Shown here one piece after another: positions 1-12,451 of a stretch of DNA of 64,000 nucleotides. Each line of letters starts with the position of its first letter. The stretch's first letter is position 1. The position numbers were made by a program, and so were the translations under genes. Source of the DNA: Ruditapes philippinarum (taxonomy: Eukaryota); contig NW_026857187.1 of the NCBI RefSeq assembly GCF_026571515.1, positions 1 to 64,000 on the forward strand. The letters are read 5' to 3'. The notes under the pieces were generated by a model. That model saw only the letters and a program-made list of their open reading frames with translations. It did no database searches and was not told the DNA's origin.

Positions 1-1135
1 TGGATATTCCCAAAAAAAGTTTTTAAGGGTTTAATTAAACAAATAAAATGAAATTAGGGAAAAGAAAGGGGCCAAGTATGGCCTTTTTAATTCAGGATAT
101 AGGGAAATCCGTTTTCCCCCCTAAATTGTTTTGCAAAAGGGCGGAGCGTTATCGATAAATGCGGGTTTTACGCAAATTTAGAGATCCAAAATTTAGTATG
201 GAAAATTTTTAAAAAATTTTTTAAAAAAAACACATTTTATTTGGCTAACTGCTTAAAAAAATTTAAAAAATACGAATGGGGTTAAAAAAAGGTTGAAAAA
301 ATTACTTAGAAAAATTTTCTCATTTGGGTTTTTAGTATAATTGCCCTTCCGTTTTTAAATTAAAATTTGATTGTTGATGTAAAAAAAATTTTTTAAAATT
401 TTTTAAACGAAAAATTAAAAGGTTTTATTCTTAAATTTAAATTTTGGCTTTTTAAAAAAAAAAAGAAAATTGTTATGTTTTTTGATTTTGTTGTAGGTTT
501 TCGAATTTTTTCAAATGAACTAAGTACAACTGCTTCATCCAAATTTCCATAGGATAATTAACTCATTGGAGTACAACAATACCTAATGTTTTGGGCAATG
601 ATGTGTGAAATATTTTTTCAATGATCGCCAACCCCTGATATCGGACCGAACCCCGTTATTTGTAACTTCGCCCTTTTTCCTCACTTTGATATTGATGGTT
701 AATGTGAATCCTTTTGACCAGTGAATGTAACAACAATTTTTCTTATTGTCGATAATAAACCATTTGGTGTTTTTCGGATTATTTTCGTTTTTTTTAAATT
801 GCTTTTTCTAATTTTGTTGTTAAACGTTTAAAGAATTGTCTATTATTTCCCCCTGAAATTGGCTGGTAAGCCAAACCCATTGAATTTCCCCGCTGGTTTT
901 TAAAAAATTATTGTGTTCATGTGGACATAGTGTCACCTTGCCTCTCTCAGTTTCTAAACGAGCAGCTGATACTTTACATTACTTAAATTTACTTTATTTA
1001 TTCATTTAAACTATTTTGGTATATCTTGGAAATTAAAGATTGAGAATGGTTGGTCTTGCTTTTAAACTATTGATACATTTTACTGAGTCACAATTGGGCA
1101 ATGCCTAACAACATCTTTTTTACTTGACATTCTAG

Positions 1136-4100
1136 TTGAAAGATGGTTCTTTTGTTTTACCTGAAGGATATGGACAGCAGTGTCTACAGAGTCAAATTGA
1201 GAAAAGTAAGATTTTCACACTCTTTCACCTATTTATTCTTAAGTTGAATAATTATTTTTAAAAAAAAAGAAGCTTCATTTGCAACTTCTTATAATGAATA
1301 TGACCGTTTGTACTTTTTGTTCCAGACATATAACAAACGTTAACTATTTTTCTAAATCGTACTACTGATAAATTTTTTATGGACATGGATATGAATTCGG
1401 AACTATTTGTTAACATTTTAAAGTGTAATAAGCTATATCTAATGAAATATAAAATGCCTATGATATTTAACACACATGAATAATGTTCGTTTACAAAATA
1501 ACATGTCTGGGAAAAAAATGTCATACTGCCTTTTTAAGTAGGACTTTAGCCATTTTGTATTGATTTTAATCTCTTCACACAAATTTCTTTCATGCATGTA
1601 TTTTGGAACTATTCTGTTTTCATAATTCAAACAATAAATATATAGCTTTATACACTTTAAGGGTTCTTTTAATATTTTTAAAAAATGTGCAAAATCTGGT
1701 CAGATTTAAAAGAAGTGAAAAACTGACCTGGTTTGACGTTTGTGGTAAAATTAAGTCATTATCAGTGCATGCTATCAACAATTTTAAAGTACCGGGGTAT
1801 TTGTAATAAGGAAGTTGTTGTATGATAGAATAAGACTTCTGTTCTTTCAATGTCTTGATCGTTCCTATGTACAGTATCTTATTTAAAGCATAACATTAAA
1901 GGTATAAATGTTTTCTTTAAATTTTTATACGGTTGTATGGTTTGAGACTGGTAAATAACAAATTGTGTACTTGGTATAATATTAAATGGCGGTTAATCCT
2001 TTTTTTCTTTTCTCAGATCTTAAGAAGGACTTAATACAATTCAACAAAGATATACATGGCACGATACCTATCTCTCCGTTGTTTGAAGATATTGACATGG
2101 CAATTCCCGACGTTTATGTCCAGCCTACAATCAACAGGGTTTTGTCGGGCTGCCAAAACGCCAACAAAGGCCAAAGAACAGCACGTATATCATCTTTGAG
2201 AGAAATATTTCATGGTCAGAACAGACCTTATCGTGAAATATATTTGTGTGCAGAAACCGGGCTTGGAAAATCGGTGTTTGGAAAACGGTTAGCTTTGATA
2301 TGGAGCCAAGCGAACGAATCTGACAAAATTCAGAGAAGCTTTACCCAGGACGAAATCGACGCAATCAGTTATTTCGATTTTGTATTTTACATTTCCTTAA
2401 AAGAATCTGATCAGACTCATCTTGATGTTGATGAAATGATAAAACAACAGATCATTAGATATCTTGCGCATGCGTCACAATACAAAACTGAATTTCTTGA
2501 ACATATCTTATCAGAGAGAAAATGTCTGATTATTCTAGATGGTCTCGACGAATGGTCACATGAAAAAGGGAATATTCCAATGAGAAGACCCAGGCAGTCT
2601 TGCACATTTTTAACCACCACTCGCCCTTGGAGATATACAGTGGCTAGAATAAAACAAAGTAAGATTGATCTACAGCTAGAAATGACAGGTATTGATAAAG
2701 AGGGTAAGAAAGCTTTAATAACAAACATATTAAAACAGTTCGGTAGTTGTGACGATCAATCGGAGTTGGAGAACAGTTTGAAGGAATTTGAGAAAAAAGT
2801 TGCAAGAAGAAACGTCAATGACCTGGAGACTAGTCCAATGTTATTATTATACATGATATGTCTCTGGCAGGATGGGAATCCATTAGGTGATTCTCGTTGT
2901 GATTTATACTGTAACATCTTAGAGATGCTACTACAAAAGGTGGCACAACGACAGCAACAGGAGGTAGAAATTAACCAGAATGACAGTACTTACAAACCAG
3001 AATGCTTCAAGGGAAAGGAGCATTGTTGTAAGAACATTCATTTCGTGAAGAAATTGTCGCATCTTGCTTTCCTTACTCTCTTCAATCAAAGTTCAGCAGA
3101 AAATAGGCTGGTATTTAATGAAGACATAGCAAAGAAAAACATGTCAGAAAGCTGCATTGAATTTTGGCTGAAGACCGGCATTATAACTCAGATAGTACGG
3201 AGTAAAGGATTAACATTCCGTGATATAAGGATATCCTTTATACACAAAACTTTTCACGAGTTCTTCGCTGCTCTCCATGTAGCATTTAACCAAAAAGAGA
3301 CAGACATTGTGATTAAATCATGTCCAGATATAAATTCAGTTTTACTGAACGCAAGCTGTTTACAGAATCTATGTGGGCTCAGTCCAATTGCAAGTCAAAC
3401 AGTTCTAAACGGGATAGCAAATGTTATTTCAAACAGTTGTCAAACAAAAAGCCTCCGGAGAAATACGTACGCTTTCGCAGACTACTGGGAAATGTGTGAT
3501 TTAAAACAAGATTTCCAGAATGTAATGGTAGCGTGTGTGAATGAATGTAGAGACAACGGGTACGAACCTCGTTATCAGTTGGAAGATTTGTTTCTGAATT
3601 TTGATGGTGAACCTGAAAGTCAGTATGTATCATCATTGATTGATTTATTAAGACACTCAGATGTAAAATCAATCAAATTCGGACGCGCCCTTTCCCGCAA
3701 AAGTGTCCATGATCTAAGTCTGCGACTGGAAGTGGAAAAAATGAAATCGCTGCAAAAACTGGATATCTGGGGTCATCCTTGTAGTAAAGATGTTGAAATG
3801 ATGCTAGGGGCGTCTCCAGACACATTAGAGTGTCTTCTTCTTCATGGCTGCAAAATAAAAGGAACGGACAAAAATGAAAAGTACATTGAAGTATCTGAGG
3901 AAAGTGTCAATAAACTGCTGTCTTTAAAGGTTTTGGAAAGCATCGACCTTTATCGTATATCAATGAATCATGGTCAGATAGAAAAAATAGTAAAGTGGAT
4001 AGAAGGTAGGAAGTCGATGAAACAAATTAAAATAGCCCGGGTAAAATGCCTAGATCATGAGAATAACAATTGTTTTGCGCGTATACTGGATCTTTCGGAA

Positions 4101-4652
4101 CACATGCAACTTGATGTCATTGGTGTTGGAAACATGTGCGCTGATCAGGTAAAGGTCAACCCCTTATCAATACGGGAATTTTGGGGAGAATGCAACCAGG
4201 CTATGGTCATTTCATTCTTGACCGACTATGCTTCGTCCGCCATAAATATTCATACATTAGTTATTGAATTTATAGATTCATACGAAACTGTCAAAAAGAT
4301 ATTAAGTACATTAACTGATTTGCAACACTTAGTTAACCTACAATTGAAACGTCTTGACCTGCAAGAAAATGAACTGATATTGTCGAGACACAAAACTGTT
4401 GAACACGTGCGACTTATTGAAATAACTATGGAGAATCAAGCACTACGAAACTTGATTGAACAGTTAAGTACATATAAACATAGTGTTACAGTAGAAATCG
4501 CATCGTGTGAGGTGGAGCATGAGAACGGTGCCGAAAGTTATGAAGAGCTAAGACAAAAAATAGAGATGTCACCTGAAAAATACTCTGTAATTGCCAACCT
4601 GAAATGCTCCGGACACGACAATGCTTTTGCGTTCAGAACAATGCCTTCGTAA
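1136..4652 (+). CDS. NLR-like NACHT-LRR gene, copy 1 (partial: last two coding exons 1136-1205 and 2017-4652; N-terminal exons lie upstream of the window)
   Basis: Exon 1136-1205 (ttctag|TTG...AAAA|gtaag; LKDGSFVLPEGYGQQCLQSQIEK, phase 1) joins in frame to exon 2017 (tctcag|). Open frame runs to TAA 4652. Motifs: Walker A AETGLGKS, Walker B CLIILDGLDEW, sensor-1 TTTRP, WHD FIHKTFHEFFAA, LxxLxL-type C-terminal repeats. Confidence 0.9.
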
Positions 4653-5199
4653 CATGATCGTTGTGTCATTCGAATGGTGACACAGAGATTAACAAGGATG
4701 ACATTCCTAGACGAGAGTTGGAGTTCAAGGTAAAAAGAATAAAATATTTCAGTATTATATCTTCAGCATTCATGGCAATAAAACATAACAAAAACAAAAC
4801 AATCATTTATTTCAAACAGGAGAAAGTATATATGACGTAAATGAATGTGCCATGTCTATCATGGTTATCATAAAAATAGTTTGGAAAACATTTATGTCTG
4901 GATTGTAATCTAATCGTATTTTCATTGTGATCCATATTTCCATTAGTCAGGTCTTCAAGAAATAACTGTATTTCGGTGCAAGCTCTTTTAACAAATTATG
5001 TCTATAATAAAGAAAATGTTTTTCATTATCCCTATAATGTCTATAATAAAGAAATTGTTTTTCATCATCACTATAAATAGCCTAAATGAAATTCCAAATT
5101 GTGGAAATCATTAAACTTGATGCAGTTTGTTTGTTTCTTCACAGAAAACTAAATTTGTGATTATGATTTTATCTAAGTGAATTCGATATGAGTATTTTT

Positions 5200-6325
5200 A
5201 AGTGTGTTTAACTACGTGTTATGTTAGTGTATTGGATACGCGTGATGGTCAATCTCATTTGAAACGCGTAGGGTAAGTGTATTTGATAAATGTGACAGGT
5301 ACGTGTATTTGATCTGCTAGTTAGTTTAGTTAGTTAATTGTATTTGATACACATGCTATTTAAATGTATTTGATGCAAGTGAAAGTCAAGTGTATTTGAT
5401 ACGCATGTTACGAGTATTTAATAGTATTTACTGTATTTGATACACATGTTCATGACATTTAATTTGTATGTTAATCTAATATACTTGACACACATGCTAC
5501 TTCAGTAAATTTGATTCACGATATAAGTGTATTTCATGCGTAGGTTATTTAAGTGTATTTGATACGAATGTTATTTAAGTGTATCTGGAACCGACGTTAT
5601 TTAAGTGTATTTGATACGCAGGTTTCTTCAATGTATTTGATACGCATGTTATTTAAGGGTATCTTGTAGCCAGGTATTTTAAGTGTATTTGATACGCAGA
5701 TTACTTAAGTGTATATGATACGCATGTTATTAATGGGTATCTTGTACCCACGTTACTGAAGTATATTTGGCAGCAGGTTACTTATGTGTATATGATAAGC
5801 ATGCTATCTAAGGGTATCTGATACCCACGTTACATAAGTGTATTTGATATGCAGATTACTTGTATGTATTTGACACTCATGTTATTTAACTGTATTTGAT
5901 ACCCGCGTTACTTTAGTGAATGTAATACGTAGGTTACTTAAGTGTATTTCATACGCAGGTTACTTAAGTGTTTTTCTGGTACCCACGTTACTTAAGTGCA
6001 TTTGATACGCAGGTAACCTAAGTGTATTTGATACGCAGGTTATTTATGTGTATCTAGAACCAACCTTACTTAAGTGTATTTGATGAGCAGGCTACTTAAA
6101 TGTTTTTGGATACGCAGGTTATTTAATTTATCTTGTAGCCATGCTTCTTAAGTTACATAAGTGTATTTGATATGCATGTTATTTAAGTGTATCTGGTTCC
6201 CACGTTACTTAAGTGCATTACGCAGGTTATTTAAGGGTTTTTGATATGCATGTTATTTAAGTGTATCTGGTGCCCACGTTATTTAAGTGTTACTTAAGTG
6301 TATTTGATACGCAGGTTATTTAAAA
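5200..6325 (+). repeat. 26-bp minisatellite (consensus ttaagtgtatttgatacgcaggttac), unit 1
   Basis: Direct 26-bp periodicity with an interspersed variant (tctggtacccacg core). Confidence 0.9.
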
Positions 6326-7116
6326 GAATAATCATGAGTTTTGAATTTTATTGCAATGACTGTCTACGTTTATGTTTAAACATTCCAGGAATACTCATAC
6401 ATGAAATGTGCAATCAAATTGGTATGTTAATGTGTAGTTTATGTTAAAAACATAATATGAAGGCTTATGTGACAAATAGTAGATGTATACTGCTTGAAAA
6501 TAAACACCAATATAAATATTTTTGTTTTACTTCTTTTATTGAATTTTGATAGAGCTAATTGTGCATCTCTCAGACTAAAAAAGAAAAGTTAAACTGATAA
6601 CATAATTGGTTACAAAACAAAAACGTTAAATTGAACTTCAGTAAGTCGAAGTAAAATAATCTTGTATAAAACCTTCATGTCATCGGGACTGCGACCTTCA
6701 TTTATTTATTATAGTTATACATTATACATGTATATGTGTGAGTCACGACAAAAGAGATACATGTTCAGCAAGCGGAGCGTTGTATAATGTGGGGTTCCGC
6801 CTACTGTATTTGGCTATTTATATTATATGTCATACCATACACATAAATTACCAGATTATTCAATAAATGAGAGAGGTAATCGTATAAACATTATATTATA
6901 ATGTCATCTGATATTGATTGTAAAAAATTACACATACAGTGAGAAATGTCTTGATATAGTGACACTCATGGAAAGTCCCCATTTTTCCGTCTTCAAGTAT
7001 TTTCCCCCATAACTACTCCACCTTCTTAACATGAATTATGTAGAAAACGCTTGCAAACGTTAGGGATGCAATCAAGTCGTATTCAGTTCAGTTGTTTTGA
7101 AAAGTTGTTTTGTTTT

Positions 7117-7680
7117 TATTTGTTTGGGTCGTCAGACCAAACAAATAATGGTAGCGAAATTTCAGACCCTTATGTCCTTATTTGCAAAAGTAGTCCAAAC
7201 TCCTCGAAGCGGTTACTTCCCTTTATATGTACACTAACGCAAACAAATTTAAAGGGCGTTAAATGTGTAAAGATTGTCAAATGACATGCGCATTAATTTT
7301 CAAACCTTCTCGGGGAAGAAAAAGTAGTTCCCGATTGATCGAATATTTCTAATATTTTGCTATTCTTTATAGATATACATGCTTATATTAAGCTCCATGA
7401 TTATTTACATCAGTGTTAAACAACAGGTTGACCGTGAACAAAATATATCGAAATTAATAAGGGTTACAAACCCTAAATTAGAATGACGTGGTTTTCTTCA
7501 GGCTGTTATCTTATAAATTCCCTGTGGTCAAGGGTTTTACACGCTCGCTTTGGAAGCGAGAGGTCCGGAGTTCAAGTCCCAGTTAAGGCAACAAATGTTT
7601 TTTTGTTTGTTTTTTTTAATCTCACAACTGTCTGACATTCTGAGACCCAAACAAATTCAGCGCCTTCTGTGCTTTGATTT
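7117..7680 (+). mobile_element. Non-autonomous Helentron-like element containing a tRNA-Pro-like fragment
   Basis: 5' hairpin atttgtttgggtc-gtca-gaccaaacaaat; 3' gacccaaacaaat followed by a short imperfect palindrome. Inserted in a T-run; absent from the paralogous site in unit 2. Confidence 0.65.
7518..7590 (+). pseudogene. tRNA-Pro(UGG)-like pseudogene or SINE head
   Basis: ctcgc-tttggaa-gcgag anticodon arm and ggagttcaagtcc T-arm match eukaryotic tRNA-Pro; the acceptor stem does not pair well. Confidence 0.6.
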
Positions 7681-8062
7681 ATTCCCTCTGCAAGGAACGC
7701 GCATATTCACCATACGCTGCTGGAGAGCTTATTACCGGAAACATTTCTAGTACATACATATACATTATAGTTGGAACGTTTATTTTCCTCACTTGCCTGT
7801 CACGCAGATAATATCTGAAAGAGAAAGAAAATGTGTCGGAGATTATCAACATTACTGCAGTTTGGGACGTTATTAGGTTTCAAAATAACTTTGAATTCAA
7901 AAAATGCGAGATATGTTACTTGGCGAGGATTATATTGATTATTACACAGTCTCAGGTCAGTGTGATTTGTTTGCAGGCTAGGAATGTTGAACGTGAGCGG
8001 CTTGTAGCAGTTTTGTTTAATAATTGTACTGTGCAATACAACCAGCATAGAATCTAATAGAA

Positions 8063-9500
8063 AACAAGATTGCATTTGAGAAAAATGCTATGCCACCGCA
8101 TTAATACCTAAGCTCTAGGCCTTTTGGGCATTTACAAGAAGGTATTTTAAGTTTTTGAAGCCTTGTACCTTGTACCTACAGACAATAAGATTTTTTTATT
8201 TTTTACTATATGTATATATTGAAAATCAATGACCCCCGGGCCGGGGGCAATTTTGACCCCAGGGCTATAATTTGAACAATCTTGCTAGAGGTTCACTACA
8301 CAATGTTTCATGCAAAATATCTAACCTCTAGCATTTGTCAATTGCTAGAAGAAATTTTTTTAAAGTTTTTACTATATACATATAACGAAAACCAATGACC
8401 CCCAGGGCAGGGCCGATTTTGACCCCAGGGCTATAATTTGAACAATCTGGGTAGAGGTCTACAACACAATGCCTTATGCTCTAGGCCTTTTGGGTCTTTA
8501 CAAGTAGGTATTTAAAGTTTTTACTATATGTACATATAGTGAAAATCAATGGCCCCCGGGGCGGGGCCGATTTTGACCCTAGGGCTATAATTTGAACAAT
8601 CTTGGTAGAAGTCTACCAGGCAATGCCTTATGCAAAATATCTAAGCTCTAGGCTATTTGGGTCTTTACAATAAGGTATTTTAAGTTTTTACTATATGTAC
8701 ATATAGTGAAAATCAATGACCCGGGGCAGGGCCGATTTTGACCCCAGGGCTATAATTTGAACAATCTTGGTAGAGGTCTACCAGACAATGCCTTATGCAA
8801 AATATCTAAGCTCTAGGCCTTTTGGGTCTTTACAAGAAGATTTTTTAAATTTATTCTTATAATTCCTTTTTGGTTGCCATGGCAACCAGATTTCTGTATG
8901 GAATGAAATTCTTTGAACAACTTTGGAAGCCCTTCACCCAAGGATCAATCCTGCCAAGTTTGGTTGAATTGGACTATTGGTTTTTCACAAGAAGATTTTT
9001 TTACGTTCACTATATAATCTATATAACAATGACCCGGGGCGGGGCCTATTTTGACCCCAGGGCTATAATTTGAACAATGTTGGTAGAGGTCTACCAGACA
9101 ATGCCTTATGCAAAATATCTAAGCTCTAGGCTATTTGGGTCTTTACAATAAGGTATTTTAAGTTTTTACTATATGTACATATAGTGAAAATCAATGACCC
9201 CGGGGCGGGGCCGATTTTGACCCCAGGGCTATAATTTGAACAATCTTGGTAGAGGTCTACCAGACAATGCCTTATGCAAAATATCTAAGCTCTAGGCCTT
9301 TTGGGTCTTTACAAGAAGATTTTTTAAATTTGTTCTTATAATTCCTTTTGGTTGCCATGGCAACCAGATTTCTGCATGGAATGAAATTCTTTGAACAACT
9401 TTGGAAGCCCTTCACCCAAGGATCAATCCTGTAAAGTTTGGTTGAAATTGGACTACTGGTTTTTCACAAGAAGATTTTTTAAGTTCACTATATAATCTAT

Positions 9501-9552
<52 letters not shown>

Positions 9553-9617
9553 AACACACACACACACAGGTGAATCGCTATATGCCACCGCATCGCAGAT
9601 GCTGCGGTGGCATAAAA
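8063..9617 (-). mobile_element. Helentron/pearl-type non-autonomous element, family A, with ~166-bp tandem array and (CA)n
   Basis: Subterminal repeat atgccaccgca at both ends; terminal stem-loop atgccaccgca...tgcggtggcat; array units at 8261, 8427, 8581, 8746, 9059, 9225; internal ~480-bp duplication; empty A-run site near 27731. Confidence 0.85.
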
Positions 9618-10251
9618 ATATTTCTTACGTAGTTCTGGCTTCCAAAACTATATAAGACGCTTTTTAACATTTTTGTTTTTCGTCTGATGCGGTATTATGT
9701 CATGTCATCGTATATAAACTGGTACGCTGAAGACCTTAAGCTACTTACTACGGAGCTGTGATATACGTGGCCATTGAAAATAAGGTGTATTTTGGTATAC
9801 GCGTGTTTTTTCCGGGACAATTGACGTTATTGATAGTCTCGTCATTTTAGAATGTCAATTATAACTCGATAAATTCTTATGTTGAATAAGATAATTATTC
9901 ACAACTGAGTAGAGAATTAATGAATGTTTTAAAGCACTATTGTAACATATTCATTGCCAGGAAGTTCACAGATCAAAATTTGACTAGAATGTGTGTTTCC
10001 GATACTCCTTTAGATTATTTTATAATTTGGACGTGTATACGTTTCAGAAAGATCCTTTAGATTATTATACTAATTTAAGAATGGCCAGTGGAAATTCTGG
10101 GTTTCAGTTTGCAATTTTAAAATGCCCATTCAAAATCCTTTAAATATTCAGTTCTTCCCTATACATTTTAAAGCAAGTCAAACCAATCTCAGACCGACTT
10201 CGTCCGAATAAATGTGGCAGCGTACGCTACAGTACATGACACGATGATCTT

Positions 10252-10296
10252 TTTTATGCCACCGCAGCATCTGCGATGCGGTGGCATATAGCGATT

Positions 10297-10360
<64 letters not shown>

Positions 10361-11622
10361 TGTGTGTGTGTTATATAGATTATATAGTGAACTTAAAAAA
10401 TCTTCTTGTGAAAAACCACTAGTCCAATTTCAACCAAACTTGGCAGGATTGTTCCTTGTGTAAAGGGCTTCCAAAGTTGTTCAAAGAATTTCATTCCATG
10501 CAGAAATCTGGTTGCCATGGCAACCAAAAGGAATTATAAGAATGAATTGAAAAAATCTTCTTGTAAAGACCCAAAAGGCCTAGAGCTTAGATATTTTGCA
10601 TAGGGCATCATCTGGTAGACCCTTACCAAGATTGTTCAAATTATAGCCCTTGGGTCAAAATCGGCCCCGCCCCTGGGGGAATTGATTTTCGCTATATGTA
10701 CATATAGTAAAAACTTAAAACACCTTCTTGTAAAGACCCAAAAGGCCTAGAGCTTAGATATTTTGCATAAGGCATTGTCTGATAGACCTCTACCCAGATT
10801 GTTCAAATTATAGCCCTGGGGTCAAAATCGGCCCCGCCCCAGGGGTCATTGGTTTTCCGTATATGTATATAGTAAAAACTTTAAAAAAATTCTTCTAGCA
10901 ATTGACAAATGCTAGAGGTTAGATATTTTGCATGAAACATTGTGTTGTAAACCTCTAGCAAAATTAGCCCCGCCCTTGGGAGCCATAGGTTTATCGTATA
11001 TGTATATAGTTAAAACTTAAAAAATCATCTTCTCTAAATTTACAAAGGATAGAGTTAAGATATTTTGCATGAAACATTGTGTAGTGAACCTCTAGCAAGA
11101 TTGTTCAAATTATAGCCCTGGGGTCAAAATTTGTTCCGCCCCGGGGGTCATTGATTTTCATTATGTACATATAGTGAAAAAAAATTTTTGTCTGAAGGTT
11201 CAAGGCATAGAGCTTTGATGTTTGATATATAATATCATCTATAGGTCCTCTACCAAAGTTGTTCAAATGTCAAAAATTGGCCCTGCCCGGGGGCAGTGGT
11301 TCTCATTATGTACACAAATATTTTCTGAATGGGAGAAAGCTATAGCTTAGATATTTGACTTGAAATGTTGTTTGGTGGACCTGTATCAAGATTGTTATTA
11401 AACCCTTGGGTCAAAATAATGCCTTGCCCAAGGGGACAGTGACCTACTTTCTGGTCCTTTGATGTACAGCAATGACATTTTGACCATGTGCACAGTTTTA
11501 GTTGTAAAATTGAACTTTGACCTAGATTTTGATGATGTGACCTACTTTCTTGTCCTTTGATGTACAGCTATGAAATTTGAACCATGCGGTGGCATAGCAT
11601 TTTTCACAAATGCAATCTTGTT
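10252..11622 (+). mobile_element. Helentron/pearl-type element, family A (inverted relative to 8063-9617)
   Basis: Same termini in reverse complement; (TG)n/(GCGT)n microsatellite; ~166-bp units; empty T-run site near 28388. Confidence 0.85.
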
Positions 11623-12451
11623 TTTTTTATAAATTATACAATTATTCAACAAAATAGAATTTATTACATATATATAATAAATGCCTGTCACGAGGATAGC
11701 ACACTTTTAAATGAGTCATAATAAAAACATAATTGTAGTTAGACTCTTTGATTAACTTACGACGGAGCTTATTTGCTTCCTTTTCTAATATCTTGTGTAC
11801 AGCTATTTGATGAAATAATTATTTTCTTTTTTTCAATTTTAAATGAGTTATTGTTTAAATGAAAATTCATGTACTTTCTATTACATTTTATATGAATTAC
11901 AGCGCCTTTTTTAAAGAGTTCCTGTCAAGGAGCCCCTTGTGTTTTTAAAGCTGAATACCTCAAGATTCATGATAATTTTGGGAGAAGTCTTGAATGTTCA
12001 TATTCATAACGGATTCTGAATCTCAATATTATTCTAAAGTCATTGTCAACACAAATTACAAGTATTATTAGTTTGGACGATTTACAATAATAATGCCAAT
12101 CGCAACTTTACGGCACCTTCCGTCGAACTCCGGAGAAAAACCTCGAATACAGCAGTAAGTATCTAACGTACGCTAAGAAACTAAACATGTAAACAAATAG
12201 TAAATTAATGCTGGGGGAACTTGTTGGTTAATTTTACTCCAATACTTAATGTTCATTTCAACGACTTTATATAAAAAATTACTATCCACAATAATTAAAT
12301 GTTGGGAGTTGTTGGTTAAGTTTACTTCATTGACAAACCAGATTTAACGACTTTTTATAAAAAGAAATCCTATCCACAAAACACATTGAAATTCAATCCA
12401 TTTCCCAATATTTTATTACATAATTGTGTTCATTGACGCAGTACATGTTAT

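Noticed and set aside
1986-2016. ATG 1986 (and starts 19863, 34210) as the true NLR start
   Set aside because: 1986 and 34210 lie in the intron upstream of the polypyrimidine tract and AG acceptor; 19863 is an internal TTG. Upstream exons splice in frame.
2417-3672. Antisense ORFs repeated in all three NLR copies
   Set aside because: Shadow frames of the conserved sense CDS with no independent evidence.
1986-4652. Bacterial or horizontally transferred NACHT defence gene, suggested by the long intronless ORF
   Set aside because: It is the last exon of a spliced gene; large NACHT exons are normal in animal NLRs.
5200-6325. 26-bp repeats as a CRISPR array
   Set aside because: Head-to-tail monomers without unique spacers, no cas genes, eukaryotic context.
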